Shown here: one piece after another, positions 10,896-19,802 of the stretch
Numbering within the stretch: the stretch's first letter is position 1
How the letters are laid out: each line of letters begins with the position of its first letter
Assembly (NCBI GenBank): GCA_963842945.1
Contig: CAWJIM010000001.1
Span: 64,001 to 128,000 of the forward strand
Length of the DNA: 64,000 nucleotides
Direction: 5' to 3'
From: an uncultured Gemmatimonadales bacterium
GTDB lineage: Bacteria > Gemmatimonadota > Gemmatimonadetes > Gemmatimonadales > GWC2-71-9
Notes under the pieces: generated by a model
What the model saw: only the letters and a program-made list of their open reading frames with translations
Told to the model about the DNA's origin: nothing
Database searches by the model: none
Made by a program: the position numbers and the translations under genes

Positions 10896-11607
10896 GCGGA
10901 TCCTCGTCGTCGTTCCCACCTATAACGAGCGCGTCAACCTCCCGCTCGTGGTGCCGGCCATTCTGCAGCAGGACCCGCGCATCGAGATCCTGGTGGTGGA
11001 TGACAATTCGCCCGACGGCACCGGCCAGCTGGCCGACGAGCTCGCGGCGTCCACGCCTCGGGTTCACGTGCTGCACCGGCCGGCCAAATCCGGGCTGGGG
11101 AAGGCCTACATCGCGGGTTTTCGCTGGGCATTGGAGCGGACTTACGAGCTCATCTTCGAGATGGATGCCGACTTCTCCCACGACCCTAAGTTCCTGGGAG
11201 AGTTCATCCGGGCCATCAACGATGCCGACGTCGTCATCGGCTCCCGGTACCGCACCGGGGTGAACGTCATCAATTGGCCGATCTCGCGCCTCCTGCTGTC
11301 CATCGGCGCCAACGAGTATGCCCGATGGATCACGGGGCTTCCGCTGGCGGACTCGACCGGAGGCTTCAAGTGTTTCCGCCGCGAGGTGCTCGAAGCCATC
11401 GATCTGGAGAAGGTCCGCTCCAATGGCTACGCCTTTCAGATCGAGATGAGCTTTCGAGCCTGGAAGAAAGGCTTCCGCCTGGTGGAGATTCCGATCGTCT
11501 TCACCGACCGGATCGAGGGCCAGAGCAAGATGAACAAGCGGATCGTGCGGGAAGCGATCTGGATGGTCTGGTGGCTGCGGCTGCAGGCCCTGATGAGGCA
11601 CCTGTGA
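10888..11607 (+). CDS. Polyprenol monophosphomannose synthase-like GT2
   Basis: VPTYNERVN, VDDNSPDGTG, GLGKAYIAGF, EMDADFSHDP and GYAFQIEM. Confidence 0.93.
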   Translation: MAERILVVVPTYNERVNLPLVVPAILQQDPRIEILVVDDNSPDGTGQLADELAASTPRVHVLHRPAKSGLGKAYIAGFRWALERTYELIFEMDADFSHDPKFLGEFIRAINDADVVIGSRYRTGVNVINWPISRLLLSIGANEYARWITGLPLADSTGGFKCFRREVLEAIDLEKVRSNGYAFQIEMSFRAWKKGFRLVEIPIVFTDRIEGQSKMNKRIVREAIWMVWWLRLQALMRHL

Positions 11608-12431
11608 GGGGCAGCGTCTTTTACAAGATGAGTGGGTCGGGTAACGACTTCGTGATCCTGGATGGTCGGGCAACCCAGCCGGGCCACTGGTCCGCTGAGC
11701 AAATTCGGGCCGTTTGCGACCGGCGGCGCGGGGCAGGGGCCGACGGCCTGGTGATCCTCACGCCTTCGACCGCTGAGGCCGTCCGGATGGCCTACTGGAA
11801 CTCGGATGGCTCTCGCACAGCCATGTGCGGCAACGCGGCCCTGTGCAGTGGTCGGCTCGCGGCTTACCTGGAGATGGTACCGGCTGGGGAATTCTGCCTG
11901 CTGACGGACGCCGGTCCCGTGAAGGTTCGAGCAAAGCCGTCCGCCGAGCTGGCAGAGATTAACCTGCCCGATTTGGAGCTTCTGCCGAGCCCTCCAGCAG
12001 TATCTCTCGGTCGGGGGGAGCGGTGGATGGCCTTCCTGACCGTGGGTGTACCCCATGTGGTCGTCCGGGTAGAGGACGTCGAGGATGTGGACGTGCTCGC
12101 TCGGGGGAAAGCGCTGCGCTTCGACCCAGAGTTCGGCCCCGCCGGTGCCAATGCCAATTTCGTGGCTCCAGCAGCCGGCGCAGACGGACTTTGGCTGATT
12201 CGAACCTATGAGCGGGGTGTCGAGGGCGAGACCTTGGCGTGCGGAACCGGCACCGTTGCTGCCGCTGTAGCCCTGGCTCAGCGAGGTGAGGCCCCTTTAC
12301 CCACCACCTTTCGAAGCAGGGGGGGACCCGAGCTCAGGGTTCGGGCCCAGCTCAGCGAGCACCGAGTGTCTGACGTGTGGCTCGCTGGCCAGGCGCGGCT
12401 TGTCTACCGGGGAGTCTGGGAAGGGATCTAG
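11604..12431 (+). CDS. dapF: Diaminopimelate epimerase
   Basis: FYKMSGSGNDF, GADG, NSDGS..MCGNA, VGVPH and RTYERGVEGETLACGTG. GTG start overlaps the upstream stop. Confidence 0.96.
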   Translation: MRGSVFYKMSGSGNDFVILDGRATQPGHWSAEQIRAVCDRRRGAGADGLVILTPSTAEAVRMAYWNSDGSRTAMCGNAALCSGRLAAYLEMVPAGEFCLLTDAGPVKVRAKPSAELAEINLPDLELLPSPPAVSLGRGERWMAFLTVGVPHVVVRVEDVEDVDVLARGKALRFDPEFGPAGANANFVAPAAGADGLWLIRTYERGVEGETLACGTGTVAAAVALAQRGEAPLPTTFRSRGGPELRVRAQLSEHRVSDVWLAGQARLVYRGVWEGI

Positions 12432-12503
12432 GGGCTGTGGGCCTACCGCGTAACAGATCAACAATCCAATCACTTAAGGAGTCAGTCCTCGGCGGGGAAG
12501 CGG

Positions 12504-12522
12504 TTGTCCACACTTTTCCCCA
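12504..12522 (+). promoter_or_regulatory. Two tandem DnaA-box-like 9-mers (TTGTCCACA, TTTTCCCCA)
   Basis: TTGTCCACA at 12504-12512 and TTTTCCCCA at 12514-12522, each one mismatch from TTWTNCACA. Confidence 0.45.
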
Positions 12523-12527
12523 AGCGT

Positions 12528-12555
12528 ACTTAACATAACATATCTTATACGTCGT
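12528..12555 (-). other. dif: dif site (XerC/XerD chromosome dimer resolution site)
   Basis: Minus strand reads ACGACGTATAA-GATATG-TTATGTTAAGT, an 11-6-11 layout. The XerD arm is 10/11 identical to E. coli TTATGTTAAAT. It sits where gene orientation converges. Confidence 0.88.
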
Positions 12556-12569
12556 TAATCTCAACAGGC

Positions 12570-12600
12570 AAAAAAAGAGAGGGCCCCTCGGCCCCCTCTT
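12570..12600 (-). terminator. Rho-independent terminator of the TPR gene
   Basis: Minus strand AAGAGGGGGCC-GAGG-GGCCCTCTC followed by a T run, 13 bp past the stop at 12614. Confidence 0.8.
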
Positions 12601-12613
12601 CCAGGACAAACCC

Positions 12614-13276
12614 CTACATCTTGCCCGAAGTGAGCTCGGCCAACCGCACCTGTGCCTCGGTGAAGCTCGGAGTGTCGCTGTACTTCTCGATAATTGTCCG
12701 ATACGCCTTGGCTGCATCTGCGGTTCGGCCGGCCTCGCGCAAGGCCCGCCCGGCATCCACCAGATAGTTCGCCTTCAGGTACGGGACCTCGGCGGAGCTC
12801 GAGGCATGATTATAGGCTTCGGCTGCTTCCGCCCAGCGCTTCGAATTCTCGAGTGCGGCACCGAGCAGCCCGTACGACGGAGGCAGGTACTTTGCCGGCG
12901 GCTTGCTTGCGATGAACTCTCGAAGACCCACAGCCGCCAGTTCGCTTTGGCCATTGACCATGCGGACCTGATTCAGCGTGATGACCGCCTCGAGCGCCGC
13001 ATCGGTGCCCTTGTAGGTGGTGATCAGACGCTGCAGCTCGCTGGATGCCAGAGGCAGGTTTCCAGCCTCCGCCGCTGCCCGCGCCTGGTTGAGGCTCCGG
13101 GCAGCAAACTGCTCTTTGCGTTTCCCACTTGCGATGATGAACCAGGCGACGATAGCGCCCACCGCCAGCACGCCCAAGGCGACCAGGAGAGAACGCTGGT
13201 ACCTCTGGTACCAAGGAGGGCCGGTTTCTGGACCGGTGGTCATTTCTCGGGTTTTTGGCTCGACTGTCGTTGCCAT
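12614..13276 (-). CDS. Membrane-anchored TPR protein (YfgM/CpoB-like)
   Basis: N-terminal TM helix (LLVALGVLAVGAIVAWFII), then TPR-like helices (AAEAY, AAKAYRTIIEKYSD). Confidence 0.75.
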   Translation of the reverse strand: MATTVEPKTREMTTGPETGPPWYQRYQRSLLVALGVLAVGAIVAWFIIASGKRKEQFAARSLNQARAAAEAGNLPLASSELQRLITTYKGTDAALEAVITLNQVRMVNGQSELAAVGLREFIASKPPAKYLPPSYGLLGAALENSKRWAEAAEAYNHASSSAEVPYLKANYLVDAGRALREAGRTADAAKAYRTIIEKYSDTPSFTEAQVRLAELTSGKM

Positions 13277-13323
13277 GTTCCCCACGGTTGATGTTGCCTC
13301 GGCGCGGTCAGCGCCGCCGGACA

Positions 13324-13397
13324 TGCCCCCGGCGTGACTCGAACACGCGGCCAACAGTTTAGGAAACTGCTGCTCTATCCATCTGAGCTACGGGGGC
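13324..13397 (-). tRNA. tRNA-Arg(CCT)
   Basis: GCCCCCGTAGCTCAGATGGATAGAGCAGCAGTTTCCTAAACTGTTGGCCGCGTGTTCGAGTCACGCCGGGGGCA folds as a cloverleaf with anticodon CCT; CCA not encoded. Confidence 0.95.
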
Positions 13398-13565
13398 CGG
13401 AACTTCTTTTCACTCTGCGCTTTGCGGAGCCGCCCCGAAGTGCCTTCTCACCTTTTCCCGCTGCCCGGGCTCTGCCGCCGGCGCCGCTGCTCTTCTGGGT
13501 GGAAGCGTTCCGTCAGAGCAGCGAAAAATGGCCGCCTGTGCAACCCTGAGCAACCCCGAGCCGCA

Positions 13566-14093
13566 TCAGCAGGTGGTTACCACGTGGCAGGCAGCCCCCT
13601 GTAAGCGCTGCCTGCCCCGCAAGGCGCCGATCTCCAGGAGAAAGCTCCAGCCTACCAGCTCGGCCCCCAACCCCCGTGCAAGTTGGCCGGCCGCTCGGGC
13701 AGTACCACCGGTGGCCAGGACGTCGTCCACAATCAGGACCCGATTCCCGCGGCCTACAGCATCGCGATGGGCCTCTAAGGCGTCGCTGCCATATTCCAGA
13801 TCATAGGCTTCAGCGGCCCGCTCCCATGGCAGCTTGCCCGGTTTTCGGGCGGGGACGAACCCGGCACCCAATGCCGTAGCTACCGCCCCACCGAGGATGA
13901 AGCCACGGGCCTCGATGCCCAGCACATGGGTTATTCCGGATTCGCGAAACGGCCGGCCCATCTCCAGTACCACCTCGCCAAGGAGCGGCCCATCCCGCAG
14001 CACCGGCGTAATGTCTTGGAAGAGAATCCCGGGTTTGGGATAATCCGGGATGACTCGCAAGGTCTGTCGTACGCGGTCGGTCAGAGGCATCAT
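13566..14093 (-). CDS. apt: Adenine phosphoribosyltransferase
   Basis: PDYPKPGILFQDIT, GIEARGF, RKPGKLP, LEYG and VDDVLATGGT. Confidence 0.97.
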   Translation of the reverse strand: MMPLTDRVRQTLRVIPDYPKPGILFQDITPVLRDGPLLGEVVLEMGRPFRESGITHVLGIEARGFILGGAVATALGAGFVPARKPGKLPWERAAEAYDLEYGSDALEAHRDAVGRGNRVLIVDDVLATGGTARAAGQLARGLGAELVGWSFLLEIGALRGRQRLQGAACHVVTTC

Positions 14094-14116
14094 CAGGGAA
14101 CCTGAGGACATGTGGC

Positions 14117-14389
14117 CTACCTGATGTCGAAGCTCTTGCCCGGCGTGATTGCCGCGGGCATGGTGGACCGCTCTACCATAGCAACCCGAGCGTGTGCGGG
14201 CCCGGCTCGAAGCAGTTCTTCCAGCGCGGGGAGAACATCGTCGGGTCCGCTTACCACAACCTCCACCCGGCCGTCCGGCAGGTTGCGGGCGTACCCTGCC
14301 AAACCAAGGCTCCGGGCGTGCCGGGCCACGAACCAGCGGAAACCCACTCCCTGCACCGAGCCGCTGACCAGGTACCGTACGCCGCTCAC
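14117..14389 (-). CDS. acyP: Acylphosphatase
   Basis: VSGSVQGVGFR and GYARNLPDGRVE. Confidence 0.95.
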   Translation of the reverse strand: MSGVRYLVSGSVQGVGFRWFVARHARSLGLAGYARNLPDGRVEVVVSGPDDVLPALEELLRAGPAHARVAMVERSTMPAAITPGKSFDIR

Positions 14390-15015
14390 TTGCTCACCTC
14401 ACGGCCCTGCCGGCGCTGCCAAATCATGTATGCACCCAGCAATACCACAACCGCCGGAAGGATGTAGGTGAATAGTGTGTGATGCACGTAGCCGCCGATC
14501 ACGGCCTCCACCTCTTGTCCGTGCTTACCAATGAGCCATCCCAGGTACGTAAGAATCGCGCACCAGATTCCGGCCCCCAGCCCAGTGAACCCGACAAATT
14601 TCGCGAGAGGCATCCGGGACACTCCCGCCGGAATCGAGATCAGGTGCCGAATCACCGGCAAGAGCCGGCCGATGAGAGTGCTGATTTCACCATGGCGACG
14701 AAAGAACGCCTCTGTCCGATCGAGCGAGCGGGCGCTGATGAGGACGTATTTGCCGTATCGTCTGAGCAGCGGCTCGCCCACGTACAAAGCAAGACCGTAG
14801 TTCACCAGGGCTCCAAGAATACTTCCGAGGGTTCCTGCCACGACCGCCAGAATGCCATTCATCTGTCCTTTGGCGGCGAGGTACCCGGCAGGAGGCATGA
14901 CCAGCTCGCTGGGCAACGGAAGCACGGATGATTCGATGGCCATGAGCACCAGAATTCCGGGATAACCCAGGGCCAGAATGGTATCAGCCAGCCAGTGAAA
15001 GAATCCCGAGAGCAC
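14386..15015 (-). CDS. DedA family membrane protein
   Basis: MAIESSVLPLPSELVMPPAG, FFRRHG and GRLLPVIRHLISIPAG. Confidence 0.95.
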   Translation of the reverse strand: MLSGFFHWLADTILALGYPGILVLMAIESSVLPLPSELVMPPAGYLAAKGQMNGILAVVAGTLGSILGALVNYGLALYVGEPLLRRYGKYVLISARSLDRTEAFFRRHGEISTLIGRLLPVIRHLISIPAGVSRMPLAKFVGFTGLGAGIWCAILTYLGWLIGKHGQEVEAVIGGYVHHTLFTYILPAVVVLLGAYMIWQRRQGREVSK

Positions 15016-15022
15016 GTGGCGG

Positions 15023-15694
15023 TCAGCGCTCTTCCGAAAACCCGAACTCGCCGACCAGCGGTACGAAACGCACGTCCGCGATGGTGCTGCTGCGCACCTG
15101 GTCGCCCTGTCGCTCCACCAGGGTGAGGGTCTGGGCGTCCCGGTCGCCTAGCGGAATAACCATCTTGCCTCCGGACGCGAGCTGCTCCACCAGAGGAGTC
15201 GGGACTTCGGGAGATGCCGCCGACACCAGGATTGCATCATACAGAGCGTACGGCCGCCACCCCAAAGTCCCATCGCCCACCAGCACGGTGACATTGCGAA
15301 TTCCCGCGGCTTCCAGCGCGGCCCTCGCGCTCTGGGCCAGATGGGCAACTCGCTCGACGCTGAAGACCATGCTGGCAAGCAGGGCCAGCAACGCCGTCTG
15401 ATAGCCCGACCCGGTTCCGATCTCGAGCACCTTCTCTTTGCCGGTAAGCCCGATCAACTCCAGATACCGCGCCTGCACGTAGGGCTGGGAGATGGTCTGC
15501 CCGCTCCCGATCGGGAGAGCAACGTCGTCGTAGGCCCGGTGGCGCACGCTTTCCGGAACGAAGAGGTGGCGCGGCACCATGCGTACGGCCCGGAGCACCG
15601 CCAGGTCCCGCACCCCTTTCCGCCGGAGCACCTCCACCAGCTGGCTGCGGTATCCGCCGTAGCTGTCACCCTCCCCTACCCCTCCAAGGACCAT
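15023..15694 (-). CDS. pcm: Protein-L-isoaspartate O-methyltransferase
   Basis: VPRHLFV, AY.D.ALPIG.GQTISQP, VLEIGTGSGYQTA and VRFVPL. Confidence 0.97.
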   Translation of the reverse strand: MVLGGVGEGDSYGGYRSQLVEVLRRKGVRDLAVLRAVRMVPRHLFVPESVRHRAYDDVALPIGSGQTISQPYVQARYLELIGLTGKEKVLEIGTGSGYQTALLALLASMVFSVERVAHLAQSARAALEAAGIRNVTVLVGDGTLGWRPYALYDAILVSAASPEVPTPLVEQLASGGKMVIPLGDRDAQTLTLVERQGDQVRSSTIADVRFVPLVGEFGFSEER

Positions 15695-16425
15695 CCGCGG
15701 ACCGTCTCCAGGAGAGAGTAGTTCGTGAGATCCATGTGCAGCGGCGTGACCGAGATATAGCCCTCCGCCACGGCAAGATGATCGGAGTTCTCGCCTCCGG
15801 TCCAGGTGATGGTTCCCCCGCCAATCCAGTAGATCTCCCGCCCCCAGGGATCCTTCATCCGGGTGAGCGACTCGGAGAAGTAGCGGCTGCCCAGCTTCGT
15901 CACCTGAATGCCGCGGACCTCCTCCGCAGGAATTCGCGGGAGATTGATGTTGAGCAACATCTGCTCCGGAAAGTCGGCCACACTGGTAATCCGGCGCACC
16001 AGCTCCAGCAACACACCATGATAGGTGGCCATCGTTTCCGGTTGGTTCCCGGCGAACGAGATGCCGATGCCCCGGACTCCCAGCGTGACGGCTTCCATCG
16101 CGGCCGCCACCGTTCCCGAGTATAGGACGTCCTCGCCCATGTTGGGCCCATGGTTGACCCCGGAAAACACGAAGTCAGGTCGCTCGGGCATGAGCGCCTG
16201 AATGGCAAGCATCACGCAATCAGTGGGAGTACCGTCGATCTGCCAACCGCCGTCGGGTCTCCGCGCCGGGCGGAGAGGCCGATGCAAGGTGAGCGAGTGA
16301 GAGGTGCCGCTTTGCTCCCGGTCGGGCGCCACCACGGTGACGCTTCCCACCTGCCGGCACACGTCGGCCAGCAGCGAAAGTCCTGGAGCTAAAACGCCAT
16401 CATCGTTGGTCACCAGGATGTTCAT
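15676..16425 (-). CDS. surE: 5'/3'-nucleotidase SurE
   Basis: ILVTNDDG, GTPTDCV, SGVNHGPN.G.DVLYSGTV and ISVTPL. Confidence 0.98.
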   Translation of the reverse strand: MNILVTNDDGVLAPGLSLLADVCRQVGSVTVVAPDREQSGTSHSLTLHRPLRPARRPDGGWQIDGTPTDCVMLAIQALMPERPDFVFSGVNHGPNMGEDVLYSGTVAAAMEAVTLGVRGIGISFAGNQPETMATYHGVLLELVRRITSVADFPEQMLLNINLPRIPAEEVRGIQVTKLGSRYFSESLTRMKDPWGREIYWIGGGTITWTGGENSDHLAVAEGYISVTPLHMDLTNYSLLETVRGWSLEG

Positions 16426-16459
16426 GACCGAATACGCGGCGAGCGTGAAGGAGAAACCT

Positions 16460-16864
16460 TCACGTTGATGGTTCGCCGTTCACTTCTTTGCGCGGCGGGG
16501 GCGATTTGCCGTCGAGAATCGCCATGACTTCATCGAGACCGGCACGTAAGTCCTGGACCGTCTCCGCCTCGAATGCCCGCTTGGCGGAGGCACGCAGCTC
16601 CCCGGTGCGGCGATACTGGTCGACGCGCTGCCGGGCGCCATCGATGGTGAATTTCTCGGTATAGAGCAGATGCTTCACCAGCATGATCAGCTCGACCTCG
16701 CGGCCTTTGTACACCCGGTTGCCCGAGCGGTTTTTGGCCGGATTCAGGAAGCGAAACTGGCTTTCCCAGTAGCGCAGGACGTGCGGCTTGAGCTCGGTGA
16801 GAGCGCAAACCTCGCCGATCGAGTAGAACTCCTGGACCGGACGCGCGGCGGTTGTGGTTGTCAT
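16460..16864 (-). CDS. MerR-family transcriptional regulator
   Basis: YSIGEVC...PHVLRYWE.F..LNP.KNRSGNRVY and LLYTEKFTIDGAR. Confidence 0.92.
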   Translation of the reverse strand: MTTTTAARPVQEFYSIGEVCALTELKPHVLRYWESQFRFLNPAKNRSGNRVYKGREVELIMLVKHLLYTEKFTIDGARQRVDQYRRTGELRASAKRAFEAETVQDLRAGLDEVMAILDGKSPPPRKEVNGEPST

Positions 16865-17861
16865 CTCCACTGCTCCGACTTGAGTTCCCGTGCCATGAGC
16901 TCGCCAATGCCTTCGCGAGCCGGCTTCCCGCTGAACAGAACTTCACCGACTTTCTCGATGATGGGTAGCTCCACTCCCATCCTAGCCCCCAGCGCGGCTC
17001 CGGCCCTGGAGGTATTCGCGCCCTCGGCCACAGAGCGGTGCTGGGCCCGGTATTCCTCGAACGTTTGGCCCTGCGCCAGTGCGATGCCGAGCGCACGGTT
17101 CCGGCTGAGATTCCCGGTAGCGGTCAGAATCAGGTCACCCATGCCGGCCAGGCCGGCAAAGGTGAGTGGGCTGGCTCCTAGTGCTACTCCCAGCCGGGTG
17201 ATCTCGGCCAGCCCCCGAGTTATCAGCGCCGCGCGTGGGTTATGTCCCAGTCCGAGACCCTCCAGGATTCCGGCCGCAATCGCAATGACGTTTTTCAGTG
17301 CTCCCGCCAGCTCCACCCCGATGACGTCGTCATGGGAGTACACCCGAAATCGTGGGAGTGGCGAAGATGCGTTGGGCTGCCTGCGCCGTGGCTTCCGTGC
17401 GGGAGGCGGCAACGACCAGGGTGGGCTGCCCCTGACAAACCTCGGTCGCGAAACTGGGTCCGGACAGCGCGGCAAACCGGATCTCCGGCAGACACTCCTG
17501 AAACACGGCAGACATCAGCGCGAGCGTGTCGGTCTCGATCCCCTTGGTGGCGCTCACTACCAGGGTTTCCGGCTTGATGGCATCGCGTGATTCGCCCGAT
17601 GACGGTCCGCACGGCATGACTCGGTGCGGCTGACACGATCACGGGAACATCGGCCACAGCTTCCCGGGCGTCGCTGTAGGCCCGCAGCCCGGGATGCAGT
17701 GGAACATCGGGCAAGAAAACCGAGTTCTGGTGCTTTCGATTGATCGCCTGAACAACTTCAGGTTCGTAGGCCCAGATCCGAACCGTCTCTCCCTTTATAG
17801 CCAGAAGATTGGCGAGCGTCGTGCCCCAACTGCCGGCGCCGAGCACCGCGACCAGCGTCAT
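16861..17861 (-). CDS. gpsA: NAD(P)H-dependent glycerol-3-phosphate dehydrogenase (indels)
   Basis: VLGAGSWGTTLA, SATKGIE, LSGPSFA, GALKNVIAIA and GLAGMGDL..T....SRN spread over three frames. Confidence 0.95.
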
Positions 17862-18483
17862 GGCCGCGGAGCGCTCGCCGTCCGCCGCCCGAATCGGTTC
17901 TCGGTGCCTTTGAGCAGTCGCTCGATATTTCGCCGATGCAGGACGATGACTCCCAGCGGCGATGAGCACATCCATCCAGAGAAGCTCCGGGGTTTCCGGA
18001 CGCTCCAGCAGGTAGACGGCCAGAGGCAGCACCGCCGCCGCCGCAATGCTCGCGAGCGACACGTATCCGGTCAGCATGAGCACGATCGCCCAGACCGCAG
18101 CCGCAACCCCGAGCGCCAGCGGAGTGAGTGCCAGCATGACCCCGGCAGCCGTGGCCACACCCTTCCCGCCCTTGAACCGCACGAATACCGAGAACACGTG
18201 TCCAATGATGGCGGCGACACCGCAGGCCAGCGCATACAGCTCGGAGCGGGAGACCCGGGGAGCGAAGACCAGTACCGGAATGGCCCCTTTCGCGATATCG
18301 AATAGGCCGACCGGAATAGCGTACTTCCATCCCAACACCCGGTAGAGGTTGGTTGCCCCGAGATTTCCGCTGCCGTGCTGCCGCAAGTCGATCTTGGCAA
18401 TGCTGCGACTGACCAGGTGGCTGGTAGGGATGGCGCCAACCAGGTACGAGGCCGACCAGCCAACCGGCCGCAGCGAGGGTCAC
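17858..18483 (-). CDS. plsY: Glycerol-3-phosphate acyltransferase PlsY (indels)
   Basis: DLRQHGSGNLGATN, DIAKG, GHVFSVF..FKGGKGVAT and HRRNIERLLKGTE. Confidence 0.95.
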
Positions 18484-19802
18484 CGCTTGGATCCTCGGCG
18501 AGTGAACTTGAGCCGCAGCGGTGAACCCGAGAAAGGCCAAGCCTCACGAAAGCCGTGCACCAGGTAGCGCTGGTAGGACTCCGGCACCTCCTCCGGGCGA
18601 TTGCTGACGATTGCCAGAGTGGGCGGTGCCGTACCGATCTGCGACGCGTACAGCAGCTTGACCTCCTCGCCGGCCTTTTGCGGCGGCGCGTTCCGCTGGA
18701 TCAAGTCGGCCAGAACCTTATTGACCTCGGCCGTGGGGACTCGCAGCTGGCGGCCCTCAGCCACCTCGATAATGAGGTCGAGCACCTTCCGGACCCGCTG
18801 CCCGGTGAGCGCCGAGACATACAGGAAAGGCACGTAGCGAAGAAACGGCGCCTTGGCAATCAGCGCTTCTTGTCCCTGCCGGGCCGTGTTGGCGTTCTTT
18901 TCCTCGACCAGGTCCCATTTGTTCACCAGCACGATCAGTCCGTCGCCCTGCTCCCAGGCCTGCGAGGCGATGCGCAGGTCCTGGTTGTGCATCCCCACCG
19001 TTGCGTCCACCACCAGCACACAGACATGGGCCCGTTCGATCGCGCGCTCGGTCCTGAGGGTGGAATAGAACTCCAGATCATCTTCCACTTTAGCCCTGCG
19101 TCGTAAGCCTGCGGTGTCAATGAAGTTCAGGGTTTTACCCTGATATCGCAAGACACTGTCGATGGCATCCCGGGTGGTGCCGGCCTGGGGGGCGACGAGG
19201 TGCCGCTCCTGCCCGAGAAGCCGATTCGCAATCGACGATTTTCCGGCGTTGGGCCGCCCCACCACTGCCACGTTGATGGTCTCTTCCGATTCGGCCGGGT
19301 CATAGGGCGGCAGCCGTTCGACCACCACGTCGAGCAGGTCGCCGCTCCCCTTCCCGACCGCGGCACTCACCCCCTGGGGCTCGCCGAATCCCAGCGAGTA
19401 GAAACCGTACTGCTCGGTACTGTGCTCCAGGTTGTCCAGCTTGTTCACCACCAGAATGACGGGACGTCCCGCCTTGCGGAGCCGTTCGGCAATGGCCCGG
19501 TCCACCGGGTTGATCCCTTCCCGCCCATCGACCACGAAGAGAATGACGTCGGCTTCATTCAGGGCAAACTCGACTTGGCGCCCGATGGCTCGATCCATGG
19601 AGTCCTGCGAGCCGGGAACCAGGCCGCCGGTGTCCACCAGCCAGAAGCGGCGTCCTTGCCACTCGGCGTCACCGAAATGACGGTCCCGCGTGGTCCCGGG
19701 CTCCTCCGATACGATGGCGCGGCGGCCGCCCAGAATCCGGTTGAACAGGGTGGACTTGCCCACGTTGGGCCGGCCCACGATTGCGACCGTCGGTTTGCTC
19801 AT
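18480..19802 (-). CDS. der: Ribosome biogenesis GTPase Der/EngA
   Basis: Two GTPase domains (GRPNVGKS/DTGG/NKLD and GRPNAGKS/DTAG/NKWD) plus a KH-like tail. Confidence 0.98.
   Translation of the reverse strand: MSKPTVAIVGRPNVGKSTLFNRILGGRRAIVSEEPGTTRDRHFGDAEWQGRRFWLVDTGGLVPGSQDSMDRAIGRQVEFALNEADVILFVVDGREGINPVDRAIAERLRKAGRPVILVVNKLDNLEHSTEQYGFYSLGFGEPQGVSAAVGKGSGDLLDVVVERLPPYDPAESEETINVAVVGRPNAGKSSIANRLLGQERHLVAPQAGTTRDAIDSVLRYQGKTLNFIDTAGLRRRAKVEDDLEFYSTLRTERAIERAHVCVLVVDATVGMHNQDLRIASQAWEQGDGLIVLVNKWDLVEEKNANTARQGQEALIAKAPFLRYVPFLYVSALTGQRVRKVLDLIIEVAEGRQLRVPTAEVNKVLADLIQRNAPPQKAGEEVKLLYASQIGTAPPTLAIVSNRPEEVPESYQRYLVHGFREAWPFSGSPLRLKFTRRGSKR

Noticed and set aside
13398..13565. Gap between tRNA-Arg and apt as a possible ncRNA or small gene
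   Set aside because: No recognisable RNA family, RBS-led ORF or convincing structure; probably the tRNA promoter/leader.
17295..18386. Apparent PlsY-GpsA fusion ORF
   Set aside because: An indel near 17950 causes it; the true PlsY end (HRRNIERLLKGTE) is in another frame and stops at 17858, overlapping the gpsA start.
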